This document shows, one piece after another, positions 26,153 through 35,760 of a DNA stretch of 53,847 nt. The position numbers were made by a program, and so were the translations under genes. This DNA is from Terrimicrobiaceae bacterium (GTDB taxonomy: Bacteria > Verrucomicrobiota > Verrucomicrobiia > Chthoniobacterales > Terrimicrobiaceae): NCBI GenBank assembly GCA_023258235.1, contig JALQZP010000001.1, forward strand, positions 1-53,847, given 5' to 3'. The notes under the pieces are model-generated. The model did not search any database. It was not told where the DNA came from and saw nothing but the letters and a program-made list of their open reading frames with translations. Every line of letters starts with the position of its first letter. Within the stretch, counting starts at the first letter, position 1.

Positions 26153-27661
26153 CTAGAAGTTGAGATTCAAGCTGCTGCTGAAACGGGTCTGGAGATCGCT
26201 GCCAGGGCTATTGCCTTGTCCTGAAGTCACCATCATGGTGTTCTGCCAAGAAGCCCATTCGCGAAGGCGCCAACTGAGCGTGGCGCTGGTCAGGAAGTAA
26301 TCCGGTGGCCCTTCGGTCGCGTTTGTGTTCTCTGTGCTGGAGAGGGCGACGTATTCCGTTTGCTCGTAGCCGCCGGAGAGAGAGAGACTGATTCCTTTGA
26401 TGAGGGTTTGGGAAACTGTGATGAGAGCTCCTCGGGTGACATTATACTGATCCGGTGAGAGGTTGGAGAAACCTTGATTTTGATAAACAGAAAGAGACAG
26501 GCGGGTCTTCTGACGCGCGTTCCAGCCCGCCACAAGGCTGAAGTTCGGGCGGATGTCTGTGCCTTGGAAGCTGTAGGTGGTTTTGAAATAAGTCTTCTCC
26601 GTTGGAGTGTAGCTGATCCCCAAATTATAAACGGGACGAAGGCCGACATCCTTCGGATTGGCTATGTCTTGGTCGGACACGTAGCCCACACCGCCACCGG
26701 CATCGACAGAAAATTTGGGGGCGATCTGGTAGGTCACCATGAGCATGGCGTCCACAGAGCGGCGGCCTCCATCCAAGCCGTTCTGGAGGGTTTGAAGATC
26801 TTCGCCAGCACTGAGGATGAATCTCAAGTTTGTCTTTGGGGTGAGGAGGTAATCTGCAAAAGCGCTTATGCCAACATTCAGGGTGTTGCTGTTTGGTTGA
26901 CTCACTTGGCCCGTTGCGACCTGAGCATCGGAGGTTTTTGTGTAGGAGAGCGAGGCTGCAGCACCTGCACTGACCGAATCGTTGATGATATATCGAGCGG
27001 AAAGGGACGTTGAGGCCGAGGTCTGCAGGTTGTTCGATCCCGTGATAATGTCGTAGCCGCTGCCTGTGGAGGCGCTGGCGGAAAGACTGAGCGTAAGGCG
27101 GGTCGAGTTGTATCCGATATTGATACCGGCCGTCATGGAGATGGGGTTTCGCTGGCTCCCTTGACCGGCAGCGGTGTAGTCCTGATTAAAATAATAAGTG
27201 TAACCGGAAGCGAAGCGCGCGCCTATGCTCCAAAGTCCGATCTCACGTTCATAGTTAGCCGCAAAGGTGGGGGAGGAAAAAAGGCTGGTTCTGCCGGCGG
27301 AGTTGGCGGCCTCGCCTGTGGATGTCTGGGAAGAGTATTCCCAGCCGCTGGTAAGGCCCAGGGAGAATTCCAAGGGGCCGAAATGAAGGCGGCGTCGGAA
27401 ATTATCCGCAAGGCGATCCATGTTTTCCGAGAGTGTTGCAAATGTCTGTCCAGGCGGAGCCTCGCCGGTTTCCTTCTCGGTGAGGCCACCGTCGGGCTCG
27501 AAATACTGAGGGGTGATTTCACGGTCTTCCTGGGGGCCGGCCCAACGGGAACGGAACTCCGCCTCACGGACCGTGAGCACTGTCTGAGCCGTAGCCTGAT
27601 GCAGGCTTAAATAAGCAAGCAAAGCCAAGCAACAAATCAGCAATTTAACTGCTTTGAGCAT
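26153..27661 (-). CDS. Outer-membrane beta-barrel protein (unknown family)
   Basis: The signal peptide is LLICCLALLAYLSLHQATAQ. The sequence is S/T/G/Y-rich with an alternating pattern throughout. It ends in a C-terminal ...LNLNF with terminal Phe, typical of OMPs. Confidence 0.65.
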   Translation of the reverse strand: MLKAVKLLICCLALLAYLSLHQATAQTVLTVREAEFRSRWAGPQEDREITPQYFEPDGGLTEKETGEAPPGQTFATLSENMDRLADNFRRRLHFGPLEFSLGLTSGWEYSSQTSTGEAANSAGRTSLFSSPTFAANYEREIGLWSIGARFASGYTYYFNQDYTAAGQGSQRNPISMTAGINIGYNSTRLTLSLSASASTGSGYDIITGSNNLQTSASTSLSARYIINDSVSAGAAASLSYTKTSDAQVATGQVSQPNSNTLNVGISAFADYLLTPKTNLRFILSAGEDLQTLQNGLDGGRRSVDAMLMVTYQIAPKFSVDAGGGVGYVSDQDIANPKDVGLRPVYNLGISYTPTEKTYFKTTYSFQGTDIRPNFSLVAGWNARQKTRLSLSVYQNQGFSNLSPDQYNVTRGALITVSQTLIKGISLSLSGGYEQTEYVALSSTENTNATEGPPDYFLTSATLSWRLREWASWQNTMMVTSGQGNSPGSDLQTRFSSSLNLNF

Positions 27662-27869
27662 TCTTACGGATCAGAAAATATTTAGAAAATCGTGGGGGTT
27701 GAGCACGGTTGATTTTATCCTAAACTTTTGACTTGTTTTTTTTGAATAGCATGGCGAGGGAAAAACTTCAGAAGTTACTTTTTAATTTCAGTAAATAGTT
27801 GGGGGCAATTGGACGAGCTTTATCGAATTTTTAACAAATTTCGTCCATTCTACTTTGGTTGTATGGGAC

Positions 27870-28493
27870 CTAATCTTTTGAAACAAGAAGTCCGAGGCGT
27901 TCCGCAATGAGAACCAACTGGGCCAGAGAATCGACGCCCATTTTGTGCATCACTCGACCGCGATGGACCTTGACGGTTTGCTCTGTGATTCCAAGCGAGG
28001 AGGCTATTTGCTTGTTGGGTTCTCCTGTTACGACGTGAAGAAAAACTTCCTGCTCTCTTGTTGTCAACAGCTTGAGTCGATTCTTGAGTGAGGTTATTTC
28101 ATTCTGGGTTGATCGTTTTTCGTTTGTTTTTTTGATTCCAAGTCGTATGGCTCCAATAAGTTCAGAATCTTTTACGGGTTTTGTTAAAAAATCCACAGCC
28201 CCCGCCTTGATGGCACGCACGCTCATCGGGATGTCGCCATTACCCGTGAGAAAGATGATGGAGAGATTCGAACCGGCATCAATCAGGTGTTGCTGAAGTT
28301 CGAGTCCGGTCATGCTGGGCATCGAAACATCGAGCACAAGGCAACCGGGGGCATCGGGTTCGTGGGCTTTGAGAAAATCGGTGGCGTTTGTGAAGGGTAT
28401 CACTTCAAACCCCTCTGCACGTAGAAGGCGTGATAGTGCTCGAAGGAGGGCGGGTTCGTCGTCAACAAGAAAAACTTTTTGTGGAGGAATCAT
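27870..28493 (-). CDS. Response regulator, REC + LuxR/FixJ-type HTH
   Basis: Contains VFLVDDEP, LDVSMPSMTGLEL and K-containing FLTKP, followed by the HTH LTTREQEVFLHVVTGEPNKQIASSLGITEQTVKVHRGRVM. The start at Met 28493 forms an ATGA overlap with the kinase stop. Confidence 0.9.
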   Translation of the reverse strand: MIPPQKVFLVDDEPALLRALSRLLRAEGFEVIPFTNATDFLKAHEPDAPGCLVLDVSMPSMTGLELQQHLIDAGSNLSIIFLTGNGDIPMSVRAIKAGAVDFLTKPVKDSELIGAIRLGIKKTNEKRSTQNEITSLKNRLKLLTTREQEVFLHVVTGEPNKQIASSLGITEQTVKVHRGRVMHKMGVDSLAQLVLIAERLGLLVSKD

Positions 28494-30313
28494 GAGTGGA
28501 TGGCGTCTAATGGAAGATTGAAGTGAAACAGGGATCCGCGATCTTTGGCTCGTTCGGCCCAAAGTTGACCGCCGTGCGCCCGGATGATGGTGCGTGATAT
28601 GGCGAGACCCAAGCCCAGTCCGCTAGGCTTGGTTGAGTGAAAAGCATCAAAAATGCGCTCGGCATCTTCCGGGAGCCCGCATCCGCTATCTTGGACTGTA
28701 AACTGAATGAATCCCATGTCCTGCTTGCAGGAAAGTGTCATGCGCCGGGAGTCGATCGGGGTATCCTCCATTGCATCGCATGCGTTTTTAATAATGTTAA
28801 GTATAACTTGCTCCACGGGAATTCGATCTGCATAAAGAACTGGAAGATCTTTGGGTATTTTTTTGCTTACCAAGACTCCCGATGCGGCCACATCCGTTTG
28901 AGCGAGAGCAAGAGCTTTCTCAAACAAATCCGCCGGCTCGACCTGCTCAAGGGCCGGTTCACCTCGGCTCAAAATCGAACGTAATTTTTTAATGACATCC
29001 GCTGCCCGGATGTCGGCGGTAACGATGTCATCAAGGATATCGCGAAGCTCTTGCATGTCGGGTGCCCTCTGGGAGAGTAGGCGTTGTGCGGCTTGCGCAT
29101 TGCTGAGGATGATCGTGAGCGGTTGGTTGAGTTCATGGGCCAAAGAGCTGGACAGCTCGCTCATGGAGGCCATTTGAGCTAGTTGGGCCATTTCCTCATT
29201 ATGATGGGCCGTTTCTATCGCCAGCGCCTGCCTGTTGCTCAAATCGATTCCGATGCCCACCAGATGGGCTTTGCCGCGAACCTCCACTCGTACCATTTTG
29301 AAAAAGTGTGGTACAGCCTGTCCGTCTTTGCGGATCAAATCGACCTCGAGTTCATCGGTGCCCTTTGAGAACGCACGGTCCCAGCTTCGATGGAGTTTCG
29401 AGTGGTCCTCGGGACGGAAGAGGGCATCGGTCTTCATTTGTTTTGTTTCCTCACTCGAGTAGCCGGTGATTTTTTCGAGTTGCGAGTTCCAACGCACGAT
29501 TTGGCCATCTCTGGCATGGAGGTAGAGCATTCCCGGAGCGCTTTCAAAAATGGCGTCGGTGAGTTGGCGCTCGCGATGGAGTTCGTATTCCCGGGTTTGG
29601 AGGTTGCTTGCGAGTATGGCGGCGCGGACCATGTCATTGCTCAGTTCCAAACCCATGGTTGCCACGATTCCCATAAAGAAAAGGCTGGCGGTGATGGGGG
29701 AATCCATGCTTTCCCACAGCACGAGGTAGGTTTGGACGGAGAGTGCCATCACAAAAACAAGCATGCTCGTGCCTACGACAAGAGAGCGGTGGATGCGCTC
29801 TCTGTGGGCTCTTGCCGTCGCGTCCACCAAATAGACGGCAAGCAAAATCAGGCTGAATTGCCCGACGAACATGAGTGGGTTGGGAGTTCCCTCCACGATG
29901 GTCACGGACTGCCCGAGGAACGAGATCTTCCTCATTTCGGTGATCGAGGAGTAGTAGATGTTCGGTGTTAAGATGAAATTCAGCAAAAGACCAATTGTTC
30001 TCAATCCGCAAATGGCGATGGCCAACCATTTGCGCCCGGTTCCGAGATAGTAGTGAACAAATCCGACCATCGAGATCGTGATCAGCCAGCGAAGAACATT
30101 GAAAAATTGCAGTGCATGATTGTATTGGTGCGGGGACTGGACGTTCATCATCCAAAGCTCGCACGCGGCCATTCCCGCAGTGGAAGTGGCCATCAGGCAA
30201 AACATGAGGCTGGCGAGGGCATTGCGTTGCCTAAACCAGACAAAGCCGTGTATGGCGGCCAATGTGAGCGAGGCCGCTGCGACCATGGACCAAATGATTG
30301 TGACCAAGTTCAC
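28490..30313 (-). CDS. Sensor histidine kinase: 6-7 TM N-terminal module, PAS, HisKA, HATPase_c
   Basis: The H-box is SSLAHELNQPL and the N-box is IIKNACDAM. G-boxes are DSGCGL and GLGLGLAISR. A PAS-like segment (AIFESAPGMLYLH..DGQIVRWN) follows the membrane module. Confidence 0.85.
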   Translation of the reverse strand: MNLVTIIWSMVAAASLTLAAIHGFVWFRQRNALASLMFCLMATSTAGMAACELWMMNVQSPHQYNHALQFFNVLRWLITISMVGFVHYYLGTGRKWLAIAICGLRTIGLLLNFILTPNIYYSSITEMRKISFLGQSVTIVEGTPNPLMFVGQFSLILLAVYLVDATARAHRERIHRSLVVGTSMLVFVMALSVQTYLVLWESMDSPITASLFFMGIVATMGLELSNDMVRAAILASNLQTREYELHRERQLTDAIFESAPGMLYLHARDGQIVRWNSQLEKITGYSSEETKQMKTDALFRPEDHSKLHRSWDRAFSKGTDELEVDLIRKDGQAVPHFFKMVRVEVRGKAHLVGIGIDLSNRQALAIETAHHNEEMAQLAQMASMSELSSSLAHELNQPLTIILSNAQAAQRLLSQRAPDMQELRDILDDIVTADIRAADVIKKLRSILSRGEPALEQVEPADLFEKALALAQTDVAASGVLVSKKIPKDLPVLYADRIPVEQVILNIIKNACDAMEDTPIDSRRMTLSCKQDMGFIQFTVQDSGCGLPEDAERIFDAFHSTKPSGLGLGLAISRTIIRAHGGQLWAERAKDRGSLFHFNLPLDAIHS

Positions 30314-30479
30314 AGAGCGGGATTGTTAAGGACTACCGTATAATCGCGGGGGTGGAACCACATGGATCGCGCAATTCTAGCTTCTTGCCCTCGCTTTTAT
30401 CAAGCGGGAACGGGCTTGGGTTTTGTTGGTATATTGACGTCTTGCATGAAGGTTCGGGTCGGACCCATATTGACACCGA

Positions 30480-32057
30480 ATGAGTTCGCTCAATGGCATG
30501 ATTCTGGGGCTTGGTCTGTTTTTTCTGGGGCTTCAGCTCACGGGCCAAAACATGCGTGCGCTTGGCGGCGGGGGTTTTCGTAATTTGGTGAGGGGCCTAA
30601 CCCACTCCCCATGGTTGGCAGCGCTCTGCGGCTTGCTCGCGGGGGCTCTCATGCAGAGCGCGACAGCGGTGACCTTTATTTTGGTGAGCATGCTGGGCAG
30701 CGGGATCATCCAATCCACTGCGGCGAGGTTGGTGCTGGTGTGGTGCAATGTGGGCCTCACGGCATTCGCCTTCCTTGCGGCGTTCCCCATTTCGCCCATA
30801 GTCGCCTATCTTGTCGGTGCTGCGGGCATCTTGACTGGGGCCGTGCGAACGAAGCCTTGGAATACCTATGCGGGTGCCTTTCTCGGGGTGGGGATCATTT
30901 TATTCGGGCTTGAGCAAATCGGCTCGGGGTTGGCTCCATTGAAAGATGCTGCATGGTTTAGCGAGGTGCTGGAGATGGCTCTGGCGGCTCCTTTGCTGGC
31001 ATTTGTGATCGGGTTTGCCGCTTCGGCGCTTCTTCAATCTAATACCGGGGCGGCGATGGTGGTTATCACTTTGGCTCAAAGCGGCGCACTGGGAGTCGCC
31101 CAAGCGATGCCGCTGATCTATGGGACCAATCTGGGAGCGATTTTCCTGCGTGCTTTTTTGGCCTCCGGTCTCCGTGGTTCCTCGATACGGATTGTTCGAA
31201 TGGAGGATCTGTTTTGTGTTTTCGGTGGAGTCCTTATGATGGGGCTTTTGTATGCCGAAAAGGCCGGGGTTCCTCTTGTGGGAGCCTTGGCCGCGAGGAT
31301 GAATGGCGGGGCTCCTGTTCAATTGGCGATGGTGTTTTTACTTTCAAACCTCATTCCTGCTCTCGCTCTTACGCCCCTCCTGCCACTCTGCGATGGTGTA
31401 TTGAAAAAGTTTTGGCCGAGCGACTCCTCGGACAAGCCGGACGTCCCGAAATACCTCACCAGTCAGGCGTTGGCGGACCCCGAAACGGCGCTGGATTTGA
31501 TACCCAAAGAGCTTGCTCGCCTTTTTGCCGAGATGAGTCCTTCTCGGGCCTTGTGGGGCACAAATCAAGATGGAAGCGAGTCGCCGGCCTTTGTCAGGCT
31601 GGGTTCTGCCATTGAGAGTTTTTGCGTGCGGCTGGCGGCCGAGAATCCACTTACAGCGGATCAATCGCTCCGTTTGCAACGCCTCCGAGGGTGGCTGCAT
31701 ACGATTCGACACATAGGCGAGGCCGTTGCCGGCTTGGCTGTGTCGCGAGCGGCGCTGCCGCCGGGGGCTGAAGCGTGCGCCTCGGGACTCATTGCTTGGG
31801 TGACACAAAATATCGCCCTTGGCGCGGAGGCCACTTCCAGCATGGATGTGCAAAAAATCCGCGTCTTTTTTGAATCCAGCAAGCCCAAGGATTCGGCCGT
31901 TCGCGAAATGCGAAGAAACTTTCTAGGTAAATGCGGAGCCTTTTCCCCGTCGGGAACCCTTGACATGTCCTCGATGGTGGATGATTTCGATATTGCGGGT
32001 TGGCTCATCCATCGTCTTTCCAAACTCCAGATGCAGGCGTTTGGGCAGTCGGTATGA
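30480..32057 (+). CDS. Na+/phosphate cotransporter family protein (NptA-like) with a PhoU-like C-terminal region
   Basis: The N-terminus GLGLFFLGLQLTGQNMRALGG and a duplicated hydrophobic core are characteristic of Na_Pi_cotrans proteins. The C-terminal ~200 aa are helical and soluble. Confidence 0.75.
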   Translation: MSSLNGMILGLGLFFLGLQLTGQNMRALGGGGFRNLVRGLTHSPWLAALCGLLAGALMQSATAVTFILVSMLGSGIIQSTAARLVLVWCNVGLTAFAFLAAFPISPIVAYLVGAAGILTGAVRTKPWNTYAGAFLGVGIILFGLEQIGSGLAPLKDAAWFSEVLEMALAAPLLAFVIGFAASALLQSNTGAAMVVITLAQSGALGVAQAMPLIYGTNLGAIFLRAFLASGLRGSSIRIVRMEDLFCVFGGVLMMGLLYAEKAGVPLVGALAARMNGGAPVQLAMVFLLSNLIPALALTPLLPLCDGVLKKFWPSDSSDKPDVPKYLTSQALADPETALDLIPKELARLFAEMSPSRALWGTNQDGSESPAFVRLGSAIESFCVRLAAENPLTADQSLRLQRLRGWLHTIRHIGEAVAGLAVSRAALPPGAEACASGLIAWVTQNIALGAEATSSMDVQKIRVFFESSKPKDSAVREMRRNFLGKCGAFSPSGTLDMSSMVDDFDIAGWLIHRLSKLQMQAFGQSV

Positions 32058-32138
32058 GTCGAGCTCAATCTCGGTTTCAAAAAAACGTGTGGACGTTCCG
32101 CGTTCTGTCGGACACCTTTCGTCCCCTTTAATTTTCAC

Positions 32139-33989
32139 ATGCTTACGCTTTCACAGGTCACAAAATCATTTGGCGGGAGGGTTCTTTTCGAGGAGGCCTC
32201 GCTGCAGGTCAACACGGGCGACCGCATCGGGCTTATTGGGCCCAACGGGGCGGGGAAATCCACGCTCTTTTCGTTGTTGCTCCGGCATGATGAACCGGAT
32301 GAGGGGCTTGTGACCATTCAGCGTGGCGTGAGGGTGGGTTTTCTTCCGCAGGAGACCGCAGCCGTCACCGACCAAACCGTGATGGAGCTCGCGGCCGGTG
32401 CCGAGGCGGATGGTCGTGCCGAGGCCATGGCGAAGAGGATTCTTGTAGGTTTGGCCTTTCGCGAGACGGATTTTCATCGTTCTGTCGGTGAGTTGAGCGG
32501 CGGATGGATCATGCGCGCCCATCTGGCCCGGTTGCTGGTGGAGGAACCCGATCTTCTTTTGCTGGACGAGCCCACCAACCACCTTGATCTTGAGACGCTC
32601 GGTTGGTTTCAAAACCATCTGGTCGGATATCCCGGAGCGATATTGACCATTTCCCACGACCGGGAATTTCTCAATCTCATCTGCCGCAGCATTGTGGAAA
32701 TCCGCCACCGCAAACTCATTCGGTACACGGGAAATTTTGATGCCTGCCTGGAGCAAAAAAAAGCCCGTGAAGAACAGCAGCTCGCCGCCTACCGCAACCA
32801 ACAAAAAGAGATCGCCCACCTTGAGGATTTCATTAACCGGTTCCGCGCAAAAGCCAGTAAGGCCGCGCAGGCGCAGGATCGCGTGAAGCAGCTTGCTCGC
32901 ATGGTTCGCATCGAGGCTCCGGAGTCCGATGAGCCCACGGTGAGCTTTCGTTTTCCTCAACCTCCCCGTGGAGGGCAAAAAGTCATCACCCTTGACGGAG
33001 TGCGTCAGGCCTATGGTGAAAATGTCATCTATGATGGTCTCAACCTCGAGGTCGAGAAGGGCCAGCGCACCGTGTTGGTCGGACCCAATGGAGCCGGAAA
33101 ATCCACACTTCTGAAGATTCTTGCCGGTCAACTGGAACTCGAAGCTGGCACCCGTACGCCGGGTCACAACTGCAGTATCGGCTATTTTGCCCAGCACCGC
33201 ACGGAGGCTCTCGATGTCAAACGAACGGTTCTCGAGGAAGTGCAGTCGATCGACCGTCCGGTGCCGGAACAGGCGGCACGCACTGTGCTTGGCGCGTTTC
33301 TTTTTCGCGGGGATGATGTGTTTAAGCGCGTGAGCGTGCTGAGCGGTGGGGAAAAAAGCCGCCTTGCCCTGGTGAAGTTGCTTCTCGATCCGCCCAATTT
33401 TCTCCTGTTGGACGAACCAACGACCCACCTCGACATGCCGAGTATCGACGCGCTCATCCGGGCGCTTCAGCCCTATGATGGCACGGTTTACTTTGTTAGC
33501 CACGATGTGCATTTTATTCGAGCCATGGCGACGTCGGTGATTCATGTCCAGGCCGGTCGCATCACCCGTTATGCGGGGGATTACGACTATTACCGGGAGA
33601 AGTCCCAAGTGGGTGGGGGAGCCCGTGCCGGCACGGTCGCCTCGCTCGGGAATTTCCAGCCTTCCGCTCCCAAAGTCGCTGTGGAAGAGGCTCCGAAACT
33701 TGGTCTCAAGGAAATGAGGGCACAGCGTCGCGCCGAGGCCGATGCACGCAAGGCTGCTGCCAGTGAGCGTCGCGCTCGCGAACAGCGTGTTTTTGCCTTG
33801 GAGGATGAAATCCATAAACTGGAGGCATCGCAGCGCGAGTTAAGCAATCAGTTGGAAGATCCCGCAACTTATGAAAACCCGTCACTCGCGATGGAAATCA
33901 ACCGCAAGCTCGCCGGGGTGGCCGATGCTCTCGAAAAAGCGAATGCCGAGTGGCTCGCTTGCGCTGAACCTGGTGAAGCCCTAGTCTAG
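32139..33989 (+). CDS. ABC-F family ATPase (two ABC cassettes, no TMD)
   Basis: Has two Walker A motifs (GPNGAGKST twice), two signature motifs (LSGGWIMR and LSGGEKSR) and two Walker B motifs (LLLLDEPTNHLD and FLLLDEPTTHLD). The C-terminal tail is a coiled coil. Confidence 0.9.
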   Translation: MLTLSQVTKSFGGRVLFEEASLQVNTGDRIGLIGPNGAGKSTLFSLLLRHDEPDEGLVTIQRGVRVGFLPQETAAVTDQTVMELAAGAEADGRAEAMAKRILVGLAFRETDFHRSVGELSGGWIMRAHLARLLVEEPDLLLLDEPTNHLDLETLGWFQNHLVGYPGAILTISHDREFLNLICRSIVEIRHRKLIRYTGNFDACLEQKKAREEQQLAAYRNQQKEIAHLEDFINRFRAKASKAAQAQDRVKQLARMVRIEAPESDEPTVSFRFPQPPRGGQKVITLDGVRQAYGENVIYDGLNLEVEKGQRTVLVGPNGAGKSTLLKILAGQLELEAGTRTPGHNCSIGYFAQHRTEALDVKRTVLEEVQSIDRPVPEQAARTVLGAFLFRGDDVFKRVSVLSGGEKSRLALVKLLLDPPNFLLLDEPTTHLDMPSIDALIRALQPYDGTVYFVSHDVHFIRAMATSVIHVQAGRITRYAGDYDYYREKSQVGGGARAGTVASLGNFQPSAPKVAVEEAPKLGLKEMRAQRRAEADARKAAASERRAREQRVFALEDEIHKLEASQRELSNQLEDPATYENPSLAMEINRKLAGVADALEKANAEWLACAEPGEALV

Positions 33990-33998
33990 CACCTAAAC

Positions 33999-34739
33999 AT
34001 GATTCCCTTTCGCAATCTCGCCGAGACACGCACGCCTGACGGTTCCCGCTTTTCCCTTCATGAGCATGATGGGGATTATTTTCTCAAGCTGAATGGCCGC
34101 CAGCTCATGGGGTCGAATTTAACGACATCCGAGATCATGCTTGCCGATCTGGCTTGCGGTTTTTCCATCGTTCCGGAGCGTCCCCGCATTCTTATCGGTG
34201 GACTTGGTTTGGGTTTCAGTCTTTGCCGTGTGCTCGAAATCGCGGGGCCCTCGGCCGTCGTGGTTGTGGCCGAGCTTCTCCCCGAGGTTGTGGCCTGGAA
34301 TCGCGAGTTCTTGTCCGGGTTGAATGGCAAGCTTCTGGATGATCCCCGCGTCAAGGTCGTCACCGGCGATGTTTTCGATTCCATCAAAAAAGGCCCCGGC
34401 ACCTATGATGCCATTATTCTTGATGTGGACAACGGCCCGACATCCTTTGTGCAGGCCAAAAACTCGCGCCTCTACAACAGCAAGGGCCTCTTCATGATTC
34501 GTGCCGCACTCCGACCAGGGGGGCGCGTGGCGATCTGGTCCGCCGAGCGTGAGCCCGCATTTCTTGCTCAACTCGCCCGCTCGGGATTCCACGCCCAGGA
34601 ATATGAAGCCAAGGCCCATGAGCGCGCCAAGCGTGCCGCTTACCGGATTTATGTCGGGGAGGTTGCCGTTCAGGAAGAGCGGGAGGAACCGCTTCGCGAA
34701 ACGCGGCGACCTTTTGCAGTCAAGCGACGAGCTCGCTGA
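33999..34739 (+). CDS. Spermidine synthase-like SAM-dependent methyltransferase-fold protein
   Basis: Contains ILIGGLGLGFS (SAM-binding glycine-rich loop), V.VVE and IILDVDNGP blocks, as in spermine/spermidine synthase-like proteins. The C-terminus is basic. Confidence 0.65.
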   Translation: MIPFRNLAETRTPDGSRFSLHEHDGDYFLKLNGRQLMGSNLTTSEIMLADLACGFSIVPERPRILIGGLGLGFSLCRVLEIAGPSAVVVVAELLPEVVAWNREFLSGLNGKLLDDPRVKVVTGDVFDSIKKGPGTYDAIILDVDNGPTSFVQAKNSRLYNSKGLFMIRAALRPGGRVAIWSAEREPAFLAQLARSGFHAQEYEAKAHERAKRAAYRIYVGEVAVQEEREEPLRETRRPFAVKRRAR

Positions 34740-35760
34740 CCATGCTCGATATCGTCGCGGGGTCGAAGTTCGGGAAGATGTCCACATCCGCCGAGTGGGT
34801 GTGTCCGGCGGCGAGGTGGTGGGCGGCGGTATATGCGATCATCAGGGCATTGTCCGTGTGCAGTCCGGGTGGGGCCGTCAGGAGAGTGATATTCTCTCGT
34901 TCCGCCTTGGCCATGGCGAGCGAGCGCAGGTTGGCATTCGCGCTCACGCCACCGCTGATGGTGACAATCCGCCGTCCCTGTTTCGCTGCGGCGCGGAAAA
35001 GTTTGGCGACAAGAACCTCGGTGACGGCGGCTTGAAACGACGCGCAGATATCCGGCATGCCCTCTGTGACCGGGCCGTTTTTTTCTAAAAAAATCCTGAG
35101 AGCGGTTTTGAGTCCGCTGAAGCTGAAGTCGAAGTCGCCGGAGTCGATCATGCCGCGTGGAAAGTCGTGTCGCTTGGGGTTCCCTGAGCGTGCGAGCCTG
35201 TCGATTTCCGCTCCACCCGGATAGCCGAGGCCGAGAAGTTTGGCCACCTTGTCGAAGGCCTCACCGGCGGCATCATCGAGGGTTCGGCCGAGGAGTTGGT
35301 ATTTTCCGAATCCCTCGACGTCGAAGAGGAGCGTGTGGCCGCCACTCACAACCAGGGCGATATGAGGAGGGATTTCCGGCTTGCCAAAGAAAGGCGAAAG
35401 CAAGTGGCCCTCGATGTGGTTGATGGCGAGGAAGGGCTTGCCGGATCCGAGGCTTAGCCCCTTCGCGGTCGAGGCACCAACGAGGAGAGCGGAAGCGAGG
35501 CCGGGGCCGATGGTTGCGGCGATGGCATCGAGACCGGAGATATCGATGCCTGCGGCTTCCAACGCCCGATCGATGATGAGGGGTGCGGATATGAGGTGGT
35601 TGCGGGACGCGACTTCGGGAACGACTCCGCCGAATTGGGAGTGGATCGAGGCCTGGCTGAAAATCTCATGCGCCAGTACGTCGTCGAATCCCCTCAAAAT
35701 TGCGGCGGCGGTTTCGTCGCACGAGGTCTCGATGGCGAGAAGTGTCGGTTGGGAGATCAT
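34720..35760 (-). CDS. tsaD: tRNA N6-adenosine threonylcarbamoyltransferase
   Basis: Contains LLAIETSCDETAAAI, INHIEGHL and VSGGH/GGVSAN blocks. The start at the internal Met (35760) forms an ATGA overlap with the upstream peptidase stop. The 167-codon upstream extension in the track is Arg/Pro-rich noise. Confidence 0.9.
   Translation of the reverse strand: MISQPTLLAIETSCDETAAAILRGFDDVLAHEIFSQASIHSQFGGVVPEVASRNHLISAPLIIDRALEAAGIDISGLDAIAATIGPGLASALLVGASTAKGLSLGSGKPFLAINHIEGHLLSPFFGKPEIPPHIALVVSGGHTLLFDVEGFGKYQLLGRTLDDAAGEAFDKVAKLLGLGYPGGAEIDRLARSGNPKRHDFPRGMIDSGDFDFSFSGLKTALRIFLEKNGPVTEGMPDICASFQAAVTEVLVAKLFRAAAKQGRRIVTISGGVSANANLRSLAMAKAERENITLLTAPPGLHTDNALMIAYTAAHHLAAGHTHSADVDIFPNFDPATISSMVSELVA

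Noticed and set aside
27811-27846. ggacga...tcgtcc inverted repeat downstream of the response regulator, considered as a terminator.
   Set aside because: The stem is only 6 bp, the loop is ~24 nt, and there is no clear U-tract in the minus-strand orientation. The evidence is too weak to call.
32166-33815. A 549-aa ORF on the minus strand opposite the ABC-F gene. Other long antisense ORFs occur at 3645..4727, 20836..21732, 35700..36620, 38730..39764, 42056..43009, 43790..44905, 47553..48245, 49318..50220 and 50950..51963.
   Set aside because: Each lies fully antisense to a gene with unambiguous family motifs. Their translations are Arg/Gly/Pro/His-rich, low in complexity and carry no motifs. 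Long stop-free antisense frames are expected in GC-biased coding DNA.
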